Virus record (IMG/VR): IMGVR_UViG_3300042938_000809
Coordinates: 1-63,000 of that record
Strand: one strand, 5' to 3'
From: a virus
Lineage: Duplodnaviria; Caudoviricetes
Length of the DNA stretch: 63,000 bases
Both the position numbers and the translations under genes were made by a program. Positions 17,383 to 27,181 of this stretch are shown in pieces (positions within the stretch are counted from its first letter, which is position 1; every line of letters starts with the position of its first letter). The notes under the pieces are model-generated. The model saw only the letters and a program-made list of their open reading frames with translations. It made no database searches and was not told the origin of the DNA.

Positions 17383-17748
17383 ATGGCCTTCAAAATGAAA
17401 ACTAAAGATTCTTTGTTTGGAATTGATCCAAGCACGTCTACTATTAATAATCCTGTATTTAGTAAAAAACTAGACAAAGGCATAGGCGCTGAGGCAAATA
17501 GAGATGGTACTATTTTTGTTAATGAAGACTTGAGTGATTCTAAAAAAGAAGAGGCGGTAGAGCATGAGGACTTGCATTTAAAGCAAATGGCTCAAGGTAA
17601 ATTATCGTATACGAATGATACCGTAACTTGGAAAAAAGATACGAAATCTCCGGCTAGGGTATATACAAGGCTTATGATGATGGAAGGTGCTAAAAACCTA
17701 CCCTGGGAAAAAGAAATATATGATAAAACAAAAAAACAGAAAAAATGA
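17383..17748 (+). CDS. putative zincin-like metallopeptidase
   Basis: GAEANRDGTIFVN...AVEHEDLHLKQM (HExxH) ...LPWEKE. Confidence 0.7.
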   Translation: MAFKMKTKDSLFGIDPSTSTINNPVFSKKLDKGIGAEANRDGTIFVNEDLSDSKKEEAVEHEDLHLKQMAQGKLSYTNDTVTWKKDTKSPARVYTRLMMMEGAKNLPWEKEIYDKTKKQKK

Positions 17749-18035
17749 AATCACTACCAATAACTCATAAGGCTTTAAACTCGCCTGCTAAGGTAAGCAT
17801 GGAATTTCTTGTAGAGAACGATAGCCAGACACACAAACAATTCCAAGACATTGGAGGCGACTACGCTAAAGGCCGAAAAGAAGGTTTAAAAATGACCGAA
17901 AAAAAAGGGCCTCAACGTAAGGAACCAGAGCCCGCGAAAACATCCCCGCAAGACGCAAAAGCAAAAGCAGAAGCAGAAGCAGCGGCAGCTAAAGCCTCAG
18001 GCACAACAGAAATTAAAGCGGCCCCGGCCCCATAA
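17745..18035 (+). CDS. small protein with SPAK motif
   Basis: MKSLPITHKALNSPAKV. Confidence 0.6.
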   Translation: MKSLPITHKALNSPAKVSMEFLVENDSQTHKQFQDIGGDYAKGRKEGLKMTEKKGPQRKEPEPAKTSPQDAKAKAEAEAAAAKASGTTEIKAAPAP

Positions 18036-18048
18036 AAAATAAAAAAAT

Positions 18049-19161
18049 ATGAAAAATATGAATAGAGGATTCAAAATGACATCCCCGTTGAAATTTGAAA
18101 AAGGCGGACCTGGCGATAAGAACGCCTCGGAAAAGGCAAATACAACTACTACGAAGAGACCTGGCCAATATGGAGGTATAGAAGGTACTATTGTTAGCAA
18201 AACCACTATAAAAGAAGGAGCAAAAGGATCAACAGTGGCACTAGAACCGGCGAAAAAATGGAAAAAAGAAAAAACTACAGCAAGAAACCTAGAGGCATAT
18301 AAAAAGATGACTCCAGAACAGAAAGCAATTGCTGACAAAAAAGAAAGAGCAAAAAACAAAGTTAAAAAAGCAGACTTTGAAAAAGCAAACCCCGCTAAAA
18401 CTACAACGACCGCCTCAGCATCAAGCAGATCAACAGAAGACGCTTTTGAGCCAACAAAGGAAGAAGCAAAACCCGGCGATAGAATTGATAATTTTACACC
18501 CGAAGAAAGAAGAATGCAAGGTAGAGAGGGCAAAATTTCAAAAAGACAGGAAAAAGAGGAAGGAGCACAAAACACTAGACGTACAGCTAGATTTGCAAAG
18601 CAAGAGGCTAAAAACCAGAACATGAGTGGTAAAGACGCTAGACAAGTTAAAAAAGATATTAAGTCCGGAAAAACCAATGCAAATGTTACTGCAGCTTTAG
18701 GAGGCGAGGAAAATGCAAAATTAGCTCGTTCTGAATATGAAAAATCTAAGTGGCAAGGACCGGTTAGCAAAGCAGGCAAAAAATTGTCGTTAGAAAACCC
18801 TGATCAAGCTGCGGCCGTTAAAGGGCAAGGAGCCAAAGGGCAAAGTAGTAATGCTGTCTCAGGAGCTAGCACTGGTACTGAGTATACAGAAGGTTCTCTA
18901 CTACAAGGAAAAAAAGAAGGTGGTGACAAAAAAATAACTGAAGCTACAAAAAATCTAGAGGTTGCAGTGCCAGGCAAAAAATCTGTAAGTGTTTCAGAAT
19001 CTAAAGAAACTACTACTACAGAAAAACCAAAATATGATTTTTCAGCTGAAGGTAATAAAATACCAGAGAGCTTTAAAGATACTAAAGCACCCGCTAAAAT
19101 GAGATCAAGCGCCTTGAAATTTGTAATGAAAGGATTTGGATCAAAATTAGGCAAAAAATAA
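18049..19161 (+). CDS. Lys/Glu-rich low-complexity protein
   Basis: FKMTSPLK at the N-terminus, APAKM near the C-terminus. Confidence 0.7.
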   Translation: MKNMNRGFKMTSPLKFEKGGPGDKNASEKANTTTTKRPGQYGGIEGTIVSKTTIKEGAKGSTVALEPAKKWKKEKTTARNLEAYKKMTPEQKAIADKKERAKNKVKKADFEKANPAKTTTTASASSRSTEDAFEPTKEEAKPGDRIDNFTPEERRMQGREGKISKRQEKEEGAQNTRRTARFAKQEAKNQNMSGKDARQVKKDIKSGKTNANVTAALGGEENAKLARSEYEKSKWQGPVSKAGKKLSLENPDQAAAVKGQGAKGQSSNAVSGASTGTEYTEGSLLQGKKEGGDKKITEATKNLEVAVPGKKSVSVSESKETTTTEKPKYDFSAEGNKIPESFKDTKAPAKMRSSALKFVMKGFGSKLGKK

Positions 19162-19185
19162 TATTATAAGGAAAACACGTAACTA

Positions 19186-22100
19186 ATGGCTAGAATAAGT
19201 ACATACATTATAGATCAGCCAGTCGATGCGGATGACAAATGGATCGGCACCGCGTTTGGCTTAGGAACTACAAAAAACTTTACAGCACGTGGGGTTGCTA
19301 GTTTCTTAAACACTTCTAGTTCAATAGCAGGTCAAACAAATTTCTTTTTTCAAACTAACTTAAACCCTGGTAGACTTAAAGGGTCGATAAGTTTCTTAAA
19401 CGGAGGCGGAGTAAATACTCCGTTTTCTAGTTTAATATCTATAAAGGTTAGTAAGTATTCTTATTCAGATAATCTAATAGCGGAATATTTACAAACTATG
19501 GTTGGGTCGAATATAATTATTTCCCAAACGGATGATATAAATAAATTTGGGGTTTATAAACTAAATAACTTAACACAAGATCCAGTTGAACTAGATTTTT
19601 TGGATGCTTCATTAGAGTTGGTAATATCCAACGGAGCATTACTTTTTGATAAGTTTTACACATTTATGCCGTATTCGTCAGGAGTCACAGACTTATCATA
19701 TACTCCTGGTATTCTAAATGGGATCGTTAATAGCAGTACTGGTACAGATGCAGTAATACCTCTAGCAGGACTTGTTAACGCTGGATTATTTTCAGCTGCA
19801 GAGAAGTCTAAGTTAGATGGACTTGAACTACAAAACCTACAAAAGGTTGTAAATATAGGAAATAGTATTTCTAACTACGGAGGTATCGGAAATGCAAGCA
19901 TACAGTCTACAAACTTTTCAAATAATAGAACCTTATATTTAAATAATAATAGTCATCCAACTATAAAGTTAGAGGATAACCTAGACGGTAATCACTACAC
20001 GGTAATTGATATAGACACGTTGAATTTAAGCGGTGTGTCTTATCCTTGGAGTAGCATTGTTGAAGGTTCTCAGAATCTTCAGGATGTAACTGATGAGGGA
20101 GCAATTACTACGAATAGCATTCAACTTATTGATTCTGCTGAGGTGTTATTTGGAACTGGTGGAGGTATATTACTAGATAACGCATCAAGACTTAGAGAGG
20201 GTACTATTGATGCTGGATTAGGTGGTTCAAAAGGGATCGCTCAAATATGCGGTATTGGGTATGAGTTGAAATGGGAAGCAGGTAGGCTTTATGTGATGAA
20301 TGGAAATGGAAATGGGATTAGAGGGTCATTGTATAATTTCAACATTGTACCTACTGTAGATGATGATAATACAAAAGCCTACTATATAGGATCGTTGTGG
20401 TCATTAGATAATGGAGATGTTTATGAATGTTTAGATGCTACAACAGGTGCGGCAGTTTGGGATTTAAAGAATACAGGTAGTACTCCAAACCTTCAACAGG
20501 TTACAGATGAGGGAGCAACTACTGATAATACTATAACTATAAATCCAACAGTAAGTACAAACGGATTAAATATAAATACCACTTGGATTGATGGAGAACC
20601 AAGTTCAAAAGGAATAAATATAATTTCAGCAGGAGAAAATACAGGTATATATATAAATAATTCAATAAATGGAAACGCAATTTATGCATTAGGTAATAAT
20701 AATGATGTAACCGCTTATATTAATGGCGGTGATACTGGACTTAACCTAACTAACATTGGAAGTACAGGGATAGCCGTGAGTGGAGGTTCTTCAGAGTCTA
20801 TTAATGTATATAACGCTAATGGAGACGTAGGTTTAAGAGTGTATCAAAATCTTGGTGATGCTATTCTACTTAATTTAAGTTCTACTTCTAGTGGTATTAC
20901 AATTAATAGTGGTTTGTCATCGGTAGGTAATACTATTGTTATAAATAAAAACGGAGTTGAAAAGTTAGTAGTAAATCAAGCAGGGGAATTAACTGCCCAA
21001 AAACTAATAAAAGATGGAGGATTTGACTTTCAGTTTTTAAAGGCAGACGGTTCGGTTGATAATAATACATATCTTACTTCTGCTGACTTACCATCTACAC
21101 TAGACCTATACGCTACAACATCACCTGATCCTATTATAGCTGGTTATACAGCATTAGTTAGAAATATAGCTGACGCAAGATATAATACTGACGCAGCCGA
21201 TGTTCTAACTCCATTAGTTGACGGAACTATAGCATCACCTACGTTTTGCGGGGCGGTAATTAGTGACCCTAGTGTTCTATTAGGTAATCCTGGGGTATTT
21301 AACTTTACAGTAATTGGTAATATAAGAAGAGTAAGCGGTTCTACATCTAGTGGAGCTGATTTTTTCTATAGTATTTATAAAAGAGATTTAGCTGGAACAG
21401 AAGTATTTATAGCTGACGGAGCTAAAGTTCCTGTGCCTGCTAACGGTGGATTATATATTGAGTATATATCTACAGCGTTATGGAATAATGGAATTTTCTT
21501 AAGTACAGACAGGATAGTCCTAAAGTTTTACGGAATCCAAACAGGTGGAGGAACTGGAGCTTATTATGAATTTCTATTTGGAGGAGCTGATCCAGTAAGA
21601 GGGACGGCGGCCATATCTTCTGCAATAATACCTAACATTTACTTAAAGGATTTAGCCGATGTTGAGAAAACTCCCGCTTTAGATAATGAGATACTATATT
21701 GGAATGACTCTGCGTCTTTATGGGAGCACTCAGAAGCTGTTGATTTAATTCCAGACGCAACAACTACTCAAAGAGGGTTAATGTCAACAGGAACACAGAC
21801 ATTCGCTGGAGATAAAACATTTACAGGAACAACTGCTGGAATAAGTAAATCAATGGTAGGATTATCTAATGTAGATAATACCACTGACTTACTTAAGCCT
21901 ATTTCTACTGCTACACAAAACGCTTTAGATTTAAAATCTAACGATAACGACGTGGTTCATTTAACAGGAGCGGAAACAATAGCAGGGATAAAAACTTTTA
22001 GTTCTTCGCCTATTGCCCCAACTTCGGCAACAGGAACAAATAACACGGAATTAGCGACAAACGAATTTGTAACAAATGCTATAAATACAGCTACCCCAGG

Positions 22101-22440
22101 AACTGGGTATACAGTATACAATATATTGATAACCAAATCGGAAAATATAACAACCCAAACGACGGGAACGTCTGGAGGCGTTCCTTATGTTCAAAACGGT
22201 AGAAATGTAATGATAAACAACGGAGCGACAGCAATAACGATAGACGTTACAAACGCGGTTACTGACTTTATCGCTAGTTATACTAAAATCGGAAACGCAA
22301 ACATAACATTTATTGGGACAGGAATAACATTTGTAAATTCTTTTAGTGGCGTTGTATTAAACGGGCTTTCGGGTAGTACCGCGTTGTTAGTAAAAAACGG
22401 GTCAAATGTATATTTGTCAATTAATAATATAATAACATAA
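19186..22440 (+). CDS. tail fibre / appendage protein
   Basis: Gly/Asn/Thr-rich; repeated NLQxVTDEGAxT linkers; FLKADGSVD, VGLSNVDNT.D..KPIST, VVHLTGAETIAG.KTF fibre motifs. Confidence 0.8.
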   Translation: MARISTYIIDQPVDADDKWIGTAFGLGTTKNFTARGVASFLNTSSSIAGQTNFFFQTNLNPGRLKGSISFLNGGGVNTPFSSLISIKVSKYSYSDNLIAEYLQTMVGSNIIISQTDDINKFGVYKLNNLTQDPVELDFLDASLELVISNGALLFDKFYTFMPYSSGVTDLSYTPGILNGIVNSSTGTDAVIPLAGLVNAGLFSAAEKSKLDGLELQNLQKVVNIGNSISNYGGIGNASIQSTNFSNNRTLYLNNNSHPTIKLEDNLDGNHYTVIDIDTLNLSGVSYPWSSIVEGSQNLQDVTDEGAITTNSIQLIDSAEVLFGTGGGILLDNASRLREGTIDAGLGGSKGIAQICGIGYELKWEAGRLYVMNGNGNGIRGSLYNFNIVPTVDDDNTKAYYIGSLWSLDNGDVYECLDATTGAAVWDLKNTGSTPNLQQVTDEGATTDNTITINPTVSTNGLNINTTWIDGEPSSKGINIISAGENTGIYINNSINGNAIYALGNNNDVTAYINGGDTGLNLTNIGSTGIAVSGGSSESINVYNANGDVGLRVYQNLGDAILLNLSSTSSGITINSGLSSVGNTIVINKNGVEKLVVNQAGELTAQKLIKDGGFDFQFLKADGSVDNNTYLTSADLPSTLDLYATTSPDPIIAGYTALVRNIADARYNTDAADVLTPLVDGTIASPTFCGAVISDPSVLLGNPGVFNFTVIGNIRRVSGSTSSGADFFYSIYKRDLAGTEVFIADGAKVPVPANGGLYIEYISTALWNNGIFLSTDRIVLKFYGIQTGGGTGAYYEFLFGGADPVRGTAAISSAIIPNIYLKDLADVEKTPALDNEILYWNDSASLWEHSEAVDLIPDATTTQRGLMSTGTQTFAGDKTFTGTTAGISKSMVGLSNVDNTTDLLKPISTATQNALDLKSNDNDVVHLTGAETIAGIKTFSSSPIAPTSATGTNNTELATNEFVTNAINTATPGTGYTVYNILITKSENITTQTTGTSGGVPYVQNGRNVMINNGATAITIDVTNAVTDFIASYTKIGNANITFIGTGITFVNSFSGVVLNGLSGSTALLVKNGSNVYLSINNIIT

Positions 22441-24290
22441 TGAACCCAGCAATTCTTTATTTATCGGGCGTAGAAGTTAAAGCCAAATACAATCCAACCC
22501 CTGTTATTATAGGCGGTCAAATATGGGATTTAAAAAATTTAAGTACATTTACTTATAGGGACGGTGCGGCAATTCCTAGGACAGGGGCATGGGTAGGAGC
22601 AACGACAGGAATTTGGAGGTATTATAATAATGATTCAAACAACGGTCAAATTTATGGAAAACTTTATAATTGGTATGCAATGGCGGGCATTTACGATTCC
22701 GCTTCGTTGTCAAATCCATTATTAAGAAAAAATATCGCACCCGAAGGTTGGAGGGTAGCGACGGAGTCCGATTGGAATAGATTATCTTATTACAACGGTA
22801 GAGACGCGGTTTCGGGCGGACTATTAAAAGAGTTTGGGACTACAAATTGGACAGCCCCGAACACAGGTGCGGTTTCTTCGCCAAATTTATTTAAGGCATT
22901 GCCAGGGGGTTTTAAATCAGGCGCAGACGGAACGTTTAACGGAATAAATACCACCGGGACTTGGTGGGCTTATGACTCAAATGTCGTGCCGGGTAGAAAT
23001 GTTGTTTATAACGACGACGCTTTATTAAAAACAGCGTTAAGCGCAAATATAGGGCGTTCAATTAGATTAATTAAAGAAGACCAAACAATACCCGATTTTA
23101 CAGTAAATTCTATAAGCAATTTAACCGAAAGTACGGCAACTAGTGGCGGAACATTTGGAAATTTATCATTAACCCCAAGTTTGTCGGATAAGGGTATTTG
23201 TTGGAGTTTATTTAATTTTCCAAATAAAGTTAACGATTCTTTTATTTCCGCAGGTAGTGGAACAACGCCAAATCCTTACAGTTCAAATATAACGGGGTTA
23301 ATACCAGGACGGACTTATTATGTAAGGGCTTACGCTGTTCCGTCAGACGGTTCGGAAACTTTGTATTCTACAAATACAGTCACTTTTACAGCGCAATACA
23401 GTTATATTTTAGACACTTACGGAACGTCCGTACATCATGCTTTTTCGTTACGAAAATTAAAATCTACTTATAGCGGTTTTTGTTTCCGGGGGGCTAGAAC
23501 AATAGGGGGGATTACTGTAGAGGTGAACGTCGGTTTTGATTCAAATTTCACAATTTCACTAGATAGCCCAATTACTACTATATCGGGAGCAGGTTCGACT
23601 AGCGCGACAACGTTAGGACAATTTGCGGGTTCTTTAGGATATACAAATCCTGATGCAATTCCGCAATTACAAACGGTTTCCGTTGTAACGTGGTATGACC
23701 AAAGCGGAAATAATAAAAATGTTACAAATGCTGTATTAGGAGGGCGCCCATTTATAGTGTTTTTAGGCGATTTACTTGGTATTAACAGTTACAATAGAGT
23801 AGCGCTTAGGTTTGTGAAAAATTCTAGTCAGAGTTTAACTAGAACTGACACGACAGCAAACATAAATAACATGTCAAGTTATTTTACAGGTGGTATAGCT
23901 CCATTAGCTACTGCTAGTCAAGTTGGTTACTCATTGAGTAATACAACAGCAAATAGATTTTTCTTTCCAAACTATACTGGAACAAATATAACTGCGGGAT
24001 ACAATACTTTAGGACAAGCAATAATATTGAATACAGGGTTTACATCAGATAGAAAATTATACGAGTTAATTTCACCAACGCCAGGAAGTACTACACTTAC
24101 AGAGGCTTGGACAAATGGTGTATCTAAAGGAACTGTAGCAACAGCTAATGCGGCAACTACTAGTATACAAATAGGAACTGCTGGAGCAGCATATTTTGAT
24201 GGATTTATTAATGAGGTTATAGGTTGGCAAACAAATGCAAACAGGGTAGAAAAAGAAACAAATATTAACGCATATTGGCAAGTATATTAA
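22440..24290 (+). CDS. receptor-binding-like protein: Fib_succ_major domain + Fn3 + lectin-like C-terminus
   Basis: IGGQIW..KNL, YGKLYNWYA, APEGWRVAT..DW, F.ALPGG; Fn3 ITGL.PG.TYYVRAYA; AFSLRKL...Y, V.TWYDQSGN. Confidence 0.75.
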   Translation: MNPAILYLSGVEVKAKYNPTPVIIGGQIWDLKNLSTFTYRDGAAIPRTGAWVGATTGIWRYYNNDSNNGQIYGKLYNWYAMAGIYDSASLSNPLLRKNIAPEGWRVATESDWNRLSYYNGRDAVSGGLLKEFGTTNWTAPNTGAVSSPNLFKALPGGFKSGADGTFNGINTTGTWWAYDSNVVPGRNVVYNDDALLKTALSANIGRSIRLIKEDQTIPDFTVNSISNLTESTATSGGTFGNLSLTPSLSDKGICWSLFNFPNKVNDSFISAGSGTTPNPYSSNITGLIPGRTYYVRAYAVPSDGSETLYSTNTVTFTAQYSYILDTYGTSVHHAFSLRKLKSTYSGFCFRGARTIGGITVEVNVGFDSNFTISLDSPITTISGAGSTSATTLGQFAGSLGYTNPDAIPQLQTVSVVTWYDQSGNNKNVTNAVLGGRPFIVFLGDLLGINSYNRVALRFVKNSSQSLTRTDTTANINNMSSYFTGGIAPLATASQVGYSLSNTTANRFFFPNYTGTNITAGYNTLGQAIILNTGFTSDRKLYELISPTPGSTTLTEAWTNGVSKGTVATANAATTSIQIGTAGAAYFDGFINEVIGWQTNANRVEKETNINAYWQVY

Positions 24291-24291
24291 G

Positions 24292-24648
24292 ATGATAACA
24301 ATTAACACAAACAGAGAGATCGAAATTAGAAATATCACCTACGAGGTGATGTTTAGCAAGATAGTTAGTCTATCAATTCAAAAGATTGAACAGGATAGAA
24401 ATGGTGTAACAGCTACTGGATTTTATTATTATACAGACGACGAGGGTATGGTTGTAAAACTAAAAGACAATAAGACTTATATGTCTTGGGAACAAATAGA
24501 GGAGGCTGAATTCAACGGTATACCGCCAATGACAGATGTGAACTATAAAGAAGCAAACTTTGAGAGGTTAATGACGTTTACTATTCTTAAACTAACTCAA
24601 GAGTCTGGTCAAAACTTTGGTATTAATATTGAAGACTGGGATATATAA
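24292..24648 (+). CDS. hypothetical protein (possible fibre chaperone)
   Basis: Position directly after the fibre genes. Confidence 0.5.
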   Translation: MITINTNREIEIRNITYEVMFSKIVSLSIQKIEQDRNGVTATGFYYYTDDEGMVVKLKDNKTYMSWEQIEEAEFNGIPPMTDVNYKEANFERLMTFTILKLTQESGQNFGINIEDWDI

Positions 24649-24673
24649 TAATAAATTAAAACAATTAATCATT

Positions 24674-24859
24674 ATGAGCACTAAGGAAAAGTTAGATATT
24701 GTATTGAATAAATGGATTAGTAGGAAATTGTCCGTTTTTATAGTCGCATGCTTCGGGTTATATTCTGGTTATTTAGAATCAGCAGACTGGGTTATAATAA
24801 GCACAGCTTACATAGGAATTCAAGGGGTTACTGACATTGTTAACAAATTAAAGAGATGA
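24674..24859 (+). CDS. holin-like membrane protein
   Basis: SRKL followed by two hydrophobic segments and YIGIQG; precedes the lysis genes. Confidence 0.6.
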   Translation: MSTKEKLDIVLNKWISRKLSVFIVACFGLYSGYLESADWVIISTAYIGIQGVTDIVNKLKR

Positions 24860-25056
24860 TAGATCAGGGATCAATAAAACTATATTGTTTGAATGCTTTA
24901 ACAATTTATTTAAGCTTTACAAATTTGGAAACAACATTAAAAATAGTATTATTATTAATATCAATAATATATACTAGCATGAAAATATACGATTGGGTAC
25001 TAACTAAATTAAATAAAAAAGATGGTAATAACAGTAAAGAGACTTTACAAGACTGA
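24856..25056 (+). CDS. holin-like membrane protein
   Basis: Hydrophobic helices with a basic C-terminus. Confidence 0.55.
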   Translation: MIDQGSIKLYCLNALTIYLSFTNLETTLKIVLLLISIIYTSMKIYDWVLTKLNKKDGNNSKETLQD

Positions 25057-25408
25057 GAATTCAACAATAGGAGAATTATTAATAGATGGCGTATTCGAAT
25101 GTTTTACTTTGGAAGACAAAGAGAGACCTGTAAAAATTAAAGGAGAAACTGCAATACCTAAAGGCACATACAAAGTAATTATAAATCAGTCTAACAGATT
25201 TAAAAGATTACTGCCTTTGCTAATTGATGTACCAAACTTTGAAGGAGTGAGAATCCATAGTGGTAATTCTAATCATGATACAGAGGGATGCATACTAGTT
25301 GGCCAAACTAGGAATAAAAACTACATAGGTCAATCAAGAAAAGCTTTCGAAAAATTATTCAAAAAAATGCAAGCTGCTAAGAATATAACACTAACAATTA
25401 TATCGTAA
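25022..25408 (+). CDS. DUF5675-family protein, putative endolysin
   Basis: TIGEL..DG.F.CFTLED...TAIP.GTY...VPNF.G.RIHSGN...DTEGCILVG. Confidence 0.8.
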   Translation: MVITVKRLYKTENSTIGELLIDGVFECFTLEDKERPVKIKGETAIPKGTYKVIINQSNRFKRLLPLLIDVPNFEGVRIHSGNSNHDTEGCILVGQTRNKNYIGQSRKAFEKLFKKMQAAKNITLTIIS

Positions 25409-25935
25409 TGGCAAAGCATAATAGAAATTTTATAGTCTTTTGGATATTAGTATTAATATCATGTATTATTGTATCTACCACATCTTCTTGTGCATCTAGG
25501 AAAGTTAGCGTAGAAAAACTTAATGCTAAAAGTGATAGCATCGTAAATACAGAAGTTAAAGTTGTAACTATAGAAAACAAAATAAAAACGGATTCTACAA
25601 ATATAACTACAAATATAGATAGTAGTGAAATTACTATAACACCTATTGATTCTAGTAAAACAATTATCGTTGATGGTAAAAGTTATAAAAATGTTGTTTT
25701 GAATATTAAAAGAAGTAAAACTAATAGGTTATACACTAACAATAAAAAAGAGGTACAGGAAAAGCAAAAAGATTCTGCTGCTGCTACAGAAACAAAAGTA
25801 AAAAAACAAACAACTAATAAGAATAAAACAGTAGATAAAAAAGCAAACTATTGGTACTTACTCTATTGGTTAATATTAATATCAATATTATATTTATTAT
25901 GGCGAAACAAACTGTGGTTACTAAAAAGGTTGTGA
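25408..25935 (+). CDS. putative unimolecular spanin / lipoprotein
   Basis: N-terminal hydrophobic signal ending SSCAS (lipobox-like), plus a C-terminal TM helix; follows the endolysin. Confidence 0.55.
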   Translation: MAKHNRNFIVFWILVLISCIIVSTTSSCASRKVSVEKLNAKSDSIVNTEVKVVTIENKIKTDSTNITTNIDSSEITITPIDSSKTIIVDGKSYKNVVLNIKRSKTNRLYTNNKKEVQEKQKDSAAATETKVKKQTTNKNKTVDKKANYWYLLYWLILISILYLLWRNKLWLLKRL

Positions 25936-26030
25936 AAAATATTTCAAGACCTGGTGTTCATGCAAAAAGTAAAACATCAAAATTAAAGTCTTCAAAGTTA
26001 TATAAAAAAGCTTACGCGGGACAAGGCTAA
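25899..26030 (+). CDS. small basic protein (43 aa)
   Basis: Manual translation MAKQTVVTKKVVKNISRPGVHAKSKTSKLKSSKLYKKAYAGQG. Confidence 0.55.
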   Translation: MAKQTVVTKKVVKNISRPGVHAKSKTSKLKSSKLYKKAYAGQG

Positions 26031-26113
26031 TAAGTAGCTTTATACAAGTATTCTTAAGATACCTTATAAACAAGTGATTTATATAAATAATAACAATCAA
26101 ATCAAATAAAAAA

Positions 26114-26383
26114 ATGAAAAAAACAGAAAACACAATTGTAGAACAAATTACATTAACTGCTGAAGAGCTTGCTCAATTACAAGGATTAGTAAAAGATTTT
26201 AATTCCCTTCAAGCTAAATGCGGCGAGATCGAAATTCAAAAGCATCAACTTTTACATAAAGTTGACGAAGTTATGCAAACATTAGATATTATGCAAGCTG
26301 GATTAAAAGAGACTTATGGCGATGTAGTAATTGATATAAATACTGGCATTTGCAGACCACAAAGCGATGAAATTAGTTCGTAA
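26114..26383 (+). CDS. coiled-coil hypothetical protein
   Basis: ORF track; YGDV.IDI.TG C-terminus. Confidence 0.7.
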   Translation: MKKTENTIVEQITLTAEELAQLQGLVKDFNSLQAKCGEIEIQKHQLLHKVDEVMQTLDIMQAGLKETYGDVVIDINTGICRPQSDEISS

Positions 26384-26585
26384 AATAAGTATAGGCAAGG
26401 ATTATAAGACCGACGCTATGCACTACTCTGTTGGGCAGGAAGTATACGGCGGTCATATAATCAGCAATATAATAGAAGAAGAAGATAAGTACTCTATATA
26501 TATTAAAAAGAATGAAGAGGTAGTGCCGTGGAAAGACTTTAATAAAAATATGGCTATATCTGTAGAATATAATTTAGATTACTAA
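26367..26585 (+). CDS. hypothetical protein
   Basis: RKISIGKDYK.DAMHY.VGQ. Confidence 0.7.
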   Translation: MKLVRKISIGKDYKTDAMHYSVGQEVYGGHIISNIIEEEDKYSIYIKKNEEVVPWKDFNKNMAISVEYNLDY

Positions 26586-27181
26586 TGCGAAGTGTTTTTA
26601 GTTTTATAGTAGAGCCTATAGCTAATAGGTACACTAACGTTAAAGAAACAGAGAATGGTAAACTAATACTAAACACAGAACTACAAAATTATCAATACGT
26701 AAGTAGGCATGGTGTAGTTAAAGGTTTACCTTTAGCAATAGATACTCCTATAAAAGAAGGAGATGAGGTAATTGTGCACCACAATGTATTTAGAAGGTTT
26801 CACGATATCAAAGGAATAGAAAAAAATAGTAAAGCATATTATGATGAGTCTACCTATTTTGTAGATGAAAATCAAATATTCTTATATAAACATAATGGTA
26901 AATGGATTGCGCCTAAGGGTTATTGTTTTATAAAACCACTAAAGTCAAAGAATATATTTACTACAGATCATGAAAGACCATTAGTCGGTATATTAAAATA
27001 TGCCGATGAAAGTCTTTTAAAAAATAATATAGAAGCAGGTTCGCTAGTAGGTTTTTTACCTGGTAGTGAATATGAATTTATAGTAGAAGGGCAGAGGTTA
27101 TACCGAGTACCCACCAATTTAATTTCAATAAAATATGAATGTAAAGGAGACGAAGAAGAATATAATCCTAGCTGGACATAA
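26585..27181 (+). CDS. tandem GroES-like (Cpn10 fold) protein
   Basis: FIVEP...GVV.GLP...IKEGDEVIVHHN, then a second repeat CFIKP...GILKY...G.LVGF. Confidence 0.55.
   Translation: MRSVFSFIVEPIANRYTNVKETENGKLILNTELQNYQYVSRHGVVKGLPLAIDTPIKEGDEVIVHHNVFRRFHDIKGIEKNSKAYYDESTYFVDENQIFLYKHNGKWIAPKGYCFIKPLKSKNIFTTDHERPLVGILKYADESLLKNNIEAGSLVGFLPGSEYEFIVEGQRLYRVPTNLISIKYECKGDEEEYNPSWT

Noticed and set aside
22440-24290. Diversity-generating retroelement targeting the Fib_succ domain
   Set aside because: No reverse transcriptase and no adenine-mismatched TR/VR pair seen in the window
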